37,334 nucleotides of DNA from Methanocellales archaeon (GTDB lineage: Archaea > Halobacteriota > UBA148). Position numbers and translations under genes: made by a program. Numbering within the stretch: position 1 is the stretch's first letter; each line of letters begins with the position of its first letter. The notes beneath the pieces were generated by a model. That model saw nothing but the letters and a program-made list of their open reading frames with translations, did no database searches and was not told the DNA's origin. The stretch lies in contig JAAEEL010000020.1 of NCBI GenBank assembly GCA_013415795.1, positions 1 to 37,334 on the forward strand. The letters run 5' to 3'. Positions 9,078 through 16,450 of the stretch are shown piece after piece.

Positions 9078-10220
9078 TTATTTTAAAAAAGCCCCAATCC
9101 TGTCCAGTGCCTCTTTTATTTCTCTTCGAGAGACAGCATATGAGCATCTTATAAAGCCTTTGCCGGATGAGCCGAATACATCTCCCGGCACAACTGCGAC
9201 TTTTTGCTTTTTTAGTAGTCCTTCTGCAAACTCCTCTGAGGTCATGCCAGTGCTCTCTATCGAAGGGAAAGCATAGAAAGCGCCCTTAGGATCAAAGCAA
9301 TCTAAGCCCAAATCATTTAGTCCCTTGACGATTAACCTTCGCCGCCGATCATATTCCTTAACCATGGCGAGCATTTCATCTCTGACATTTTTTAAGGCCT
9401 CAATTGCAGCCATCTGTGCCGTGATAGGAGCGCATAACATCGTATACTGATGGATCTTCAGCATTGCGGCTATGATTTCAGACGTGGAAGCTGCATAGCC
9501 CAGACGCCAACCGGTCATAGCATATGCCTTAGAGAAGCCATTTAACAATATCGTTTTTTCATATATTCCGTTCAGAGAGGAAAAGCAAGTATGTGTACCA
9601 TCGTATGTAAGCTTATCATACACCTCATCAGATATCACAAGCAAATCATGATCCTCGGCAACATCGGCTATTCCTTCTAGATCTTTTTTACCCATAACTG
9701 CGCCAGTTGGATTGTTTGGATAGGATATGATTATTGCCTTTGTCTTTTTCGTGATTTTCTCGCCCATCTGCTCTGGAGTGACCCTGAAATCATTGGACAT
9801 GTTTGTCGCCACCACCACGGGCTTTCCGCCGGCAAGTATCACGCAAGGTTTGTAGGAGACATAGCATGGCTCCACGATGATGACTTCGTCTCCTGGATTT
9901 ATTGTTGCCCGTATGGCAAGGTCTAAAGCTTCGCTTACGCCTGTAGTCACAAGAATCTGATTCTCTGGATTGTATCGTACTTGATAATCTGAAGCGATGC
10001 AAAGGGATATTTCATTTCTCAAATCAATTAAGCCCCAATTAGATGTGTAGGAGGTATACCCCTTTTCCAATGCATATATACATGCCTCCCTGATGGGCCA
10101 GGGAGTGACAAAATCCGGCTCGCCTACACCCAATGAGATGACATCATCCATCCCTATGACCATGTCGAAATACTTTCGAATGCCAGACGGTGGAATGTGC
10201 TTTAACTTATCTGCGATCAT
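9078..10220 (-). CDS. PLP-dependent class I/II aminotransferase (aspartate aminotransferase-like)
   Basis: 380 aa with PLP-lysine context SFSKAYAMTGWRLGY, plus the NPTG motif and a C-terminal IRCSYA-type motif. Its start overlaps the Lrp/AsnC gene stop by 4 nt. Confidence 0.85.
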   Translation of the reverse strand: MIADKLKHIPPSGIRKYFDMVIGMDDVISLGVGEPDFVTPWPIREACIYALEKGYTSYTSNWGLIDLRNEISLCIASDYQVRYNPENQILVTTGVSEALDLAIRATINPGDEVIIVEPCYVSYKPCVILAGGKPVVVATNMSNDFRVTPEQMGEKITKKTKAIIISYPNNPTGAVMGKKDLEGIADVAEDHDLLVISDEVYDKLTYDGTHTCFSSLNGIYEKTILLNGFSKAYAMTGWRLGYAASTSEIIAAMLKIHQYTMLCAPITAQMAAIEALKNVRDEMLAMVKEYDRRRRLIVKGLNDLGLDCFDPKGAFYAFPSIESTGMTSEEFAEGLLKKQKVAVVPGDVFGSSGKGFIRCSYAVSRREIKEALDRIGAFLK

Positions 10221-10696
10221 GGTGTTATCGCCAACCTCTTAGATTCCTCTTTTTCTAATAAAATATCGCCGTCTTGCTTGTATGTTTTAAGTATGAAATG
10301 TGTAACTGTACTCTGCACCTGATCCAATGGTGCAACCTTCTCAGCTATGAAAAATGCAACTTCCTTCATCGTTTTGCCCTTAACCAGCAAAGATAGATCA
10401 TGATCACCAGATATCAGACGTACTGAAACTACCTCTGGGAACCTTGCAATTCTCTCTGCTATTGAATCATAGCCAACATCCCGCTCAGAGGTGACTTTCA
10501 CCTCTATCATCGCATAAACATGTTCCTTCTCTACTTTATCCCAGTCAATCACTGTTTTATATTTCCGGATGATCCTTTTTTTCTCGGCATCCTTGATCAT
10601 CTCTATGACTTTTTTCTCGGGAATTTTTGTGAGCGTAGCAATCTCAGCAGTACTTATCCTTGCATCATTCTCCAGTATTTCGAGTATTTCTTTCAT
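10217..10696 (-). CDS. Lrp/AsnC-family transcriptional regulator
   Basis: N-terminal HTH (ILEILENDARISTAEIATLTKIPEKKV) plus a C-terminal AsnC/RAM-type ligand domain. I place the start at the internal ATG (complement of 10694-10696), preceded by GGGGGG. The longest ORF runs to 10723. Confidence 0.8.
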   Translation of the reverse strand: MKEILEILENDARISTAEIATLTKIPEKKVIEMIKDAEKKRIIRKYKTVIDWDKVEKEHVYAMIEVKVTSERDVGYDSIAERIARFPEVVSVRLISGDHDLSLLVKGKTMKEVAFFIAEKVAPLDQVQSTVTHFILKTYKQDGDILLEKEESKRLAITP

Positions 10697-10831
10697 AATA
10701 CCCCCCATAAGTGTTTGATACATATAATATATAGTAATTAACCTTAAGCAAATGAATATTTATTATAGCTTGAATTCTATCTGAAATGTAGAGGGATGTA
10801 TTTGGCAGATGTAAGAAGTGGCTATCTTACC

Positions 10832-12040
10832 ATGGATAACTTCAACCTAGTTAACAAAACGGTTTTAGTCAGATTGGACCTGAACTCACCAATCGATCCC
10901 AGCACAGGGAGAATACTTGGAGAGGAAAAATTTTGGAGCCATGTAGAGACATTGAAGAAATTAGATAAATCAAGAACAGTTTTGCTTGCACATCAGAGCA
11001 GACCAGGAAAAAAGGACTTTACAACGATGGAGTCTCATGCAAAAGTGCTCAGAGGAATTTTGAGACAAAAAGTAACCTATGTAGATGACATTTTTGGTTC
11101 CTATGCTAAAAAAGCCATAGAAGAAATGGTAGTTGGAGACATTCTTCTTCTGGAGAACGTGCGATTCTACTCAGAAGAGAGGATAGAGAGGAGTTCAGAG
11201 GAGCACTCCAAAACGCATCTTGTGAGAGGTCTTACACCCCATTTCGATTTATTCCTAAACGATGCATTTGCATCTATTCACAGGTCGCATGCTTCTCTGT
11301 TGGGATTTACAGAAGTATTACCATCTGGAGTGGGCAAGTTGATGGAAAAAGAATTGAGTGTGCTGAACAGGGTCCTTCTCGGTGCTAAGCATCCGTGCGT
11401 ATTCGTGCTCGGTGGAACGAAAGCACATGACACTCTTGATGTAATCGAAAACATTCTAGTAAGGGAGAGTGCCGACAAAATCTTTTTAACTGGCGTTACG
11501 GCAAACATATTCTTGGCCGCATCTGGAGTAGATATAGGCGCACCAAGTCTACAGTACATCGAAAAAGAAGGATATTCGGATGAAATTCCAAAGGCAAAGT
11601 CATTGCTTCAAAAGTTTGGAAATAAAATAGAGCTTCCCCAGGATGTTGCTCTGAACAAAAAAGGTGAACGCGTTGAGATTTCAATAGAGGATTTACCTGC
11701 AAAATATCCAATTTGGGATATAGGGCTTGAGACTATCGTGAAATTTCAAGATGAAATAGAGGGTGCAAAGATGGCTATCTTGCATGGTCCTGCAGGAGTT
11801 TTTGAGAGGGAGAATTTTGAGTTGGGGACATTTGAGATGATTAAAGCCATAAATAACGCAGGTTTTTCTATCGTGGGAGGTGGACACACCGGTGCTGCTG
11901 TGCAAAAGGCTGGGTTTGAAAAAAAAATTACACATGTGAGCACCGGAGGAAATGCTTGCCTCGGTGTGCTTGCCGGAAAGGATTTACCGGTAGTAGAAGC
12001 ACTCAAGAATGCATCAAAACGATTTGGGTCCAAGCGGTAA
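10832..12040 (+). CDS. pgk: Phosphoglycerate kinase (archaeal)
   Basis: About 402 aa with VLVRLDLNSPI near the N-terminus, the LLENVRFY motif and C-terminal GGGHTGAAV...STGGNA. I place the start at ATG 10832; the longest ORF begins at 10796. Confidence 0.9.
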   Translation: MDNFNLVNKTVLVRLDLNSPIDPSTGRILGEEKFWSHVETLKKLDKSRTVLLAHQSRPGKKDFTTMESHAKVLRGILRQKVTYVDDIFGSYAKKAIEEMVVGDILLLENVRFYSEERIERSSEEHSKTHLVRGLTPHFDLFLNDAFASIHRSHASLLGFTEVLPSGVGKLMEKELSVLNRVLLGAKHPCVFVLGGTKAHDTLDVIENILVRESADKIFLTGVTANIFLAASGVDIGAPSLQYIEKEGYSDEIPKAKSLLQKFGNKIELPQDVALNKKGERVEISIEDLPAKYPIWDIGLETIVKFQDEIEGAKMAILHGPAGVFERENFELGTFEMIKAINNAGFSIVGGGHTGAAVQKAGFEKKITHVSTGGNACLGVLAGKDLPVVEALKNASKRFGSKR

Positions 12041-12081
12041 TGCTTATGTTGAATCTTGTCAATAAAAATAATAATTAATAT

Positions 12082-12171
12082 GCCTCGGTGGCTCAGTCTG
12101 GCTAGAGCGAGTGACTTGTAACAAAATTGCAAGAAATCACTAGGTCGCGAGTTCAAATCTCGCCCGAGGCT
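12082..12171 (+). tRNA. tRNA-Thr (anticodon TGT) with a 15-nt intron at the canonical 37/38 position
   Basis: Folded by hand. Acceptor GCCTCGG/CCGAGGC, D stem GCTC/GAGC, anticodon stem AGTGA/TCACT, loop CTTGTA|A, T arm GCGAG-TTCAAAT-CTCGC. The intron 12121-12135 (ACAAAATTGCAAGAA) sits in a bulge-helix-bulge: a central helix CTTG/CAAG flanked by 3-nt bulges TAA and AAA. Confidence 0.85.
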
Positions 12172-12190
12172 CTGAGGGGGGTGTAATAAA

Positions 12191-12466
12191 ATGGAAAGCA
12201 AAAAGCATTTTACTGCCAAGGAAGCCAAGAGAGTTGGTGAAGCATTGGGTATCGACTGGACTGAATTCGATGTGGAACAATTTAGAATGGGAATGGACGT
12301 AGAACTGGAACATGGGTTGGTGGACCCTAAAACCAATGTCACTAACGATGATCCGATGATAACGGGGAAAATAGCACTTGCACACCTAAACGAATTCTCG
12401 GATTACTACACCAGGCTCGATGATATGGAAGTAGAGGCAGAAGAATACTGGGAAAATAAAAAATAG
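12191..12466 (+). CDS. Small acidic hypothetical protein (91 aa)
   Basis: Clean ORF with GAGGGGGG 9-16 nt upstream of the ATG, followed by T-rich tracts. The sequence (…GMDVELEHG…TNVTNDD…KIALAHLNEFSDYY…) resembles a small conserved family I cannot name with confidence. Confidence 0.6.
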   Translation: MESKKHFTAKEAKRVGEALGIDWTEFDVEQFRMGMDVELEHGLVDPKTNVTNDDPMITGKIALAHLNEFSDYYTRLDDMEVEAEEYWENKK

Positions 12467-12524
12467 AATAAAAATAAGATGAAAATAATGTATGAAGGCT
12501 CAGCCAAATGTTCATTTAGCTTGC

Positions 12525-12536
12525 TTTTTTGTTTTT
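12525..12536 (+). terminator. Candidate oligo-T terminator (T6-G-T5) downstream of the 91-aa gene
   Basis: TTTTTTGTTTTT read directly, about 60 nt after the stop at 12466. Its function is inferred. Confidence 0.35.
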
Positions 12537-12574
12537 ATTATTCTTTTGTATGGCGTGGTTTGTCCTTACTTTAG

Positions 12575-12673
12575 TTATTTGCACTTACTTGTTTTCTTTG
12601 ATTGATTGGACTTAACGGGTTGCTTTTGTGATGCTTTGTCTTTTGTCTTGAGTTTGTCTTTGGTGTGTTTCAT
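12575..12673 (-). CDS. Candidate 32-aa lysine-rich micro-protein (MKHTKDKLKTKDKASQKQPVKSNQSKKTSKCK)
   Basis: Below the ORF-track size cut-off. The ATG (complement of 12671-12673) follows a strong GGAGGGAG with 3-nt spacing. The low-complexity composition could simply reflect the T/G-rich plus strand, hence the low confidence. Confidence 0.3.
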   Translation of the reverse strand: MKHTKDKLKTKDKASQKQPVKSNQSKKTSKCK

Positions 12674-12696
12674 GTCTCCCTCCAACTTTTTTTATA

Positions 12697-12722
12697 AATA
12701 TATTGTTTTTGAACAATATATT
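12697..12722. repeat. Perfect 11-bp inverted repeat AATATATTGTT-TTTG-AACAATATATT
   Basis: Read directly from the sequence. It lies 24 nt upstream of the micro-ORF start and about 180 nt downstream of the argF stop. It is AT-rich enough to overlap a TATA-like element. Confidence 0.6.
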
Positions 12723-12901
12723 GTTGTAGCATATATACATTATATATAAAAAGATTTCTATAGACTAGATGTAGGTCAAAAAACAATAGATTAAGAAGTC
12801 AGTTGAAAGACGGAAATATCGTGAAAAAAGTATGGCTTACAGTAATCGTCTGGGTCATCTTGTTAATTTGGGCTTGGGCGTTTTATGCCCAATAATCGGT
12901 T

Positions 12902-13801
12902 TCACCCCAAAAGTTTAACCAACAGCGCCTTCTGGGCATGCAACCTGTTTCCTGCCTGCTCAAAGATGACAGAATGTGGATCGTCGATAATTTCTGGGTC
13001 TATCTCCTCCCCCCTATGGGCTGGCAGGCAATGCATGACGATGACATCGTTCTTTGCCATCTTTATAACATCCGCATTAATCTGGAATCCTTTGAAATCG
13101 CGCATTCTCCTCTTTTTCTGTGTTTCGTCGCTCATAGAAACCCAAACGTCGGTATATAGCACATCTGCATTCTTTGCCGCTTCCTGAGGATCGTAGGTTA
13201 TTTTCGTATTTCCTCCGAGGTCTTTTGACTGTTTTAATATCTTAGTATCGGGTTCATATCCCTTTGGACATGCTACTATGATATTCATTCCTGTAAGTGC
13301 ACAGGCCAGTATAGAGGAATTGCAGACGTTGTTGCCATCTCCTATCCAACCAAATTTCAGCCCTGAAAATTTGCCCTTATACTCACGGATCGTCAAAAGA
13401 TCTGCGAGAGATTGGCACGGATGCTCCAATTCTGTCAAGCCATTGATAACTGGTAAGCTCGCGCTTTTTGCCATTTTAAGAAGATTTGAATGTTCCGCAC
13501 GCATCATTATTCCATTTACGTAACCAGAAAGCACTCTTGCGGTATCCTCTATGCTCTCACCTCTCCCAAGCTGCATGTCCTGCCAGTTCATGCATAGTGC
13601 ATGCCCGCCCAGATCAGACATCGCAACTTCAAATGAGACTCTTGTTCGAGTGGATGGTTTTTCGAAGAGCATTGCCAAGCTCTTATTTCTAAGCAAATCG
13701 ACTGTTTTGCCTTGCTTTCGCTTTTCTTTCATATTCTCGGCTTTTTCAAGTATATCCATGATATCTGCAATAGATAGGTCCGCAATTGAAATGAGATTCA
13801 T
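12902..13801 (-). CDS. argF: Ornithine carbamoyltransferase
   Basis: 299 aa with the carbamoyl-phosphate motif STRTR, HPCQ, the ornithine-type GDGNNV and HCLPAHRGEE. Confidence 0.9.
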   Translation of the reverse strand: MNLISIADLSIADIMDILEKAENMKEKRKQGKTVDLLRNKSLAMLFEKPSTRTRVSFEVAMSDLGGHALCMNWQDMQLGRGESIEDTARVLSGYVNGIMMRAEHSNLLKMAKSASLPVINGLTELEHPCQSLADLLTIREYKGKFSGLKFGWIGDGNNVCNSSILACALTGMNIIVACPKGYEPDTKILKQSKDLGGNTKITYDPQEAAKNADVLYTDVWVSMSDETQKKRRMRDFKGFQINADVIKMAKNDVIVMHCLPAHRGEEIDPEIIDDPHSVIFEQAGNRLHAQKALLVKLLG

Positions 13802-13807
13802 TTATTT

Positions 13808-15184
13808 CTACCCTCTCAGTGATTTCATATGTTCTACGCTTTTCACAATGTGTTCTTTTGATCCAATGTCCCATCTGTTCCATAAGGGTCCATCTATGGC
13901 TACTATGCCCTCTAAAGAAATACTCCTTGCCGACTCGATGTCATCTGCAATGCCTACGGTACATACTGTTCTTGATCCTAGAGCATATGTTTCTTTTCCA
14001 CGAAGCTCCATAGAACCCGGATATATTCGGATGGCATCACCATATTTCTCGCTAAGTTTACGTGATTTGATAAGATCTACTCTGCTGTCACCAGAAAACA
14101 CCGTCCTATATCCTCCATAGGTCATGGGTACAGCATATGTGACAACACTTGCTTTTTTGGCGAAGTTTAGCCGAGTTAGATTGCCATCAAGGATGCGGAA
14201 ACAAACATCAACGAAGTCGTCCTCTAGGGTTGGGAGTAAGTTTTGTATTTCTGGGTCTCCTGGACGAGAATTGATCTCCAAAACTTTTACTCCTTCGGCA
14301 GTACAGATATATGCCATATAGAGAGGTATGCCAAGCAACTCTTTGTCACCATTGACCTTTAATTCTTTGAATATTTTTTTGCCAATTTCGAGTCCTGCTT
14401 CCCAGTCCTCTTGATCCATGAAAGGTAATTTTTTCCCTTGTGACTTATAGGAGCCCATGCCGCCCGTATTTATACCCCTATCGCCATCAAATGCCCTTTT
14501 GTAATCCCTTACGGCTTCTGTCGGAACCAAATGTTTACCATCCGAAAAAAACTGCAAACTGAATTCCTCTCCTTCGATTTTTTCCTCTATTACTACAGGT
14601 CCATAGTCACATATGAAAATAAAGTGGTTGAATACTTCCTCTCTGGTTGAAAAGTGGTCTCCCCAAACTCCAACACCCTTACCAGTAGCAGGAGCATCTG
14701 GTTTTACAGCCACTTGATTCTCCAGCTCATCTAACCAAGAATAAACGTCTTTTCTCAGATCATACTTGCTAGAATAATCCTTTATATTAAATACCTTAAA
14801 TCTGGGATTTGCTTCTGGGAAGCACTTTTCCAGTAAGTGGCGTTGTGAAACTTTGCTGCCTTCGATGGCATATTCTTTCCTAGGACAAATCATCGGAATC
14901 TTGGTTTCTTTTTCGATTATGTCCCTGATGCCCCCGATTATATGGCCTTCTGGCCCGACAATCCCAAAATCTATTTCATCCTCGTGTCTTTTTGCAAATT
15001 CGCATATTTTTTGCAAATCCTGCCCAATATTATAATCGGTTGCCCTTTCAACTATGAAAGGATTTTTTTGTTTATCTGCGTCAAAAATATTAACCTTATA
15101 ATTCTCACTCCTCCAAAAAGAATCGGCAATAGCTGCCTCTCTTGATCCGTAACTAACGAGCAAAATGCCAACCTTTTCCATCAA
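13808..15184 (-). CDS. purD: Phosphoribosylamine--glycine ligase
   Basis: 458 aa with ATP-grasp architecture, NTGGMGSY motif and EINSRPGDPE. It lies 6 nt upstream of argF and 3 nt downstream of pyrE. Confidence 0.85.
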   Translation of the reverse strand: MMEKVGILLVSYGSREAAIADSFWRSENYKVNIFDADKQKNPFIVERATDYNIGQDLQKICEFAKRHEDEIDFGIVGPEGHIIGGIRDIIEKETKIPMICPRKEYAIEGSKVSQRHLLEKCFPEANPRFKVFNIKDYSSKYDLRKDVYSWLDELENQVAVKPDAPATGKGVGVWGDHFSTREEVFNHFIFICDYGPVVIEEKIEGEEFSLQFFSDGKHLVPTEAVRDYKRAFDGDRGINTGGMGSYKSQGKKLPFMDQEDWEAGLEIGKKIFKELKVNGDKELLGIPLYMAYICTAEGVKVLEINSRPGDPEIQNLLPTLEDDFVDVCFRILDGNLTRLNFAKKASVVTYAVPMTYGGYRTVFSGDSRVDLIKSRKLSEKYGDAIRIYPGSMELRGKETYALGSRTVCTVGIADDIESARSISLEGIVAIDGPLWNRWDIGSKEHIVKSVEHMKSLRG

Positions 15185-15187
15185 AAA

Positions 15188-15709
15188 TCACCTATGGTCC
15201 AATAATTCACTTGATTTAGCTATAGAGATTAATGAGACTCCCATCGAATGCAAATTTTCTCTTGCACCTTCCTCTCGATCAACAACTACAAGAACGGAAT
15301 ACACTATTGCTCCGTGGTCGCGTAGCGTTTGTACCGCCCTAACAGCCCCAGAACCAGTAGTGGTGACATCCTCAACCACAAGGACCTTCTCTCCAGGGTA
15401 GAGTTCTCCTTCAATGGCCTTCTTTGTTGCGTATGATTTCTTTTCCTTCCTAACTATCACATAGGGCAATTTGCTCTTGATGCTTGCCACCGCAACCAAC
15501 GATATAGATCCAAGTTCGATCGCAGCAAGCTTTTGTGTGCCTGGCGGAATCAGATCTGAGATCTCTTTACCTATGGCTTCCAAGCAATTGGGATCTGTCT
15601 CAAAGAGGTATTTGTCAATATAATAACTGCTTTTTACGCCAGATGAAAGTGTAAAATCCCCAAACTTAATGGATCCTTTCAATGCATTTAGCAGTTCCCT
15701 ATCTCCCAT
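15188..15709 (-). CDS. pyrE: Orotate phosphoribosyltransferase
   Basis: PRPP-binding motif VLVVEDVTTTGSG. The longest ORF starts at 15727; I prefer the ATG at 15709 (MGDRELLNAL). Either start overlaps the upstream micro-ORF. Confidence 0.9.
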   Translation of the reverse strand: MGDRELLNALKGSIKFGDFTLSSGVKSSYYIDKYLFETDPNCLEAIGKEISDLIPPGTQKLAAIELGSISLVAVASIKSKLPYVIVRKEKKSYATKKAIEGELYPGEKVLVVEDVTTTGSGAVRAVQTLRDHGAIVYSVLVVVDREEGARENLHSMGVSLISIAKSSELLDHR

Positions 15710-15845
15710 GTTTTCCCTTAACCTCATCGCTTACACAATCAGCACATACAGCCATCATGAGATAAAAATGATTTGCACAAACGCTTTTACCACAGACTAT
15801 ACATATTCTTGTCTTTGTATCTTCTCCACACATCTCACATCTCAT
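15699..15845 (-). CDS. 48-aa cysteine-rich zinc-finger micro-protein (MRCEMCGEDTKTRICIVCGKSVCANHFYLMMAVCADCVSDEVKGKHGR)
   Basis: Below the ORF-track cut-off; I translated it myself. Its ATG overlaps the carS stop by 1 nt (TAATG on the minus strand), and its 3' end overlaps the pyrE start by 11-29 nt. It has four metal-ligand pairs: CxxC-x8-CxxC-x4-CxxH-x7-CxxC. Confidence 0.55.
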   Translation of the reverse strand: MRCEMCGEDTKTRICIVCGKSVCANHFYLMMAVCADCVSDEVKGKHGR

Positions 15846-16363
15846 TACCAAGGCACATCCTTTTTCCCAAATTTATGACCTATGATATTAGTAATCCTAT
15901 GTAAGAATGGTGTTATAACCAATATAACGATTACGTGATACGATGTAAAATTCCCTAGGAACCAAGAATTAGCGAATAGTATCAAAAATAACCATGCGCC
16001 TAGAACAAAATCCAGTTGATCCATGATTAGAAATTTTGACCCGCTTTCAATGTCTAGTCTTCTTTTGATGAAACTCTTACACAGGTCACCAAATAAAGCT
16101 CCAAATGTCAAACAAAACAATACTATCAAAGGAAATGAAATAAAACTTGGAATTAATACGTTTTGCGCACTTCCTGTAAAAATTCCAACAACAACTCCTC
16201 CGATAAATCCATTCCAGGTTTTTCCGTTCCCAAAAATTCTTCTCCCATCGAAAAAATTCTTATCCAAATCAATCGACTTTCCACCGCCAGTTAACACGGC
16301 AAAGACATTTGCCACATATGCTGGCAACATTAACCAGATTGCAATCAATATTGTATTAAACAA
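15845..16363 (-). CDS. carS: CDP-archaeol synthase (CDP-2,3-bis-O-geranylgeranyl-sn-glycerol synthase)
   Basis: 172-aa polytopic membrane protein with LPAYVANVFAV and DGRRIFGNGKTWNGFIGG, as I remember for the CarS/DUF46 family. Confidence 0.8.
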   Translation of the reverse strand: MFNTILIAIWLMLPAYVANVFAVLTGGGKSIDLDKNFFDGRRIFGNGKTWNGFIGGVVVGIFTGSAQNVLIPSFISFPLIVLFCLTFGALFGDLCKSFIKRRLDIESGSKFLIMDQLDFVLGAWLFLILFANSWFLGNFTSYHVIVILVITPFLHRITNIIGHKFGKKDVPW

Positions 16364-16414
16364 ATCGACACCGAAAACGTTTTTTGCATAGGAACTGATA
16401 AACGTTGTTAAGGT

Positions 16415-16434
16415 TTAATTAATTAATTAATTAA
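16415..16434. repeat. (TTAA)x5 microsatellite in the 87-bp carS/tes divergent intergenic region
   Basis: TTAATTAATTAATTAATTAA read directly. It is self-complementary and AT-only, so it could supply TATA-like elements in both directions (inferred). Confidence 0.8.
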
Positions 16435-16450
16435 TGGGAGGTATACTACA

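Noticed and set aside
11746-12385. Minus-strand ORFs 11746..12342 (198 aa) and 12140..12385 (81 aa)
   Set aside because: They run antisense through the pgk 3' end, the tRNA-Thr gene and the 91-aa gene, and their composition is not protein-like. All three sense features are much better supported.
13551-14120. Plus-strand 189-aa ORF spanning the argF/purD junction, and the 210-aa minus ORF 22366..22998 inside folP
   Set aside because: Each is antisense to a gene with unambiguous catalytic motifs. They have no SD, no motifs, and a hydrophobic/Ser-rich shadow composition.
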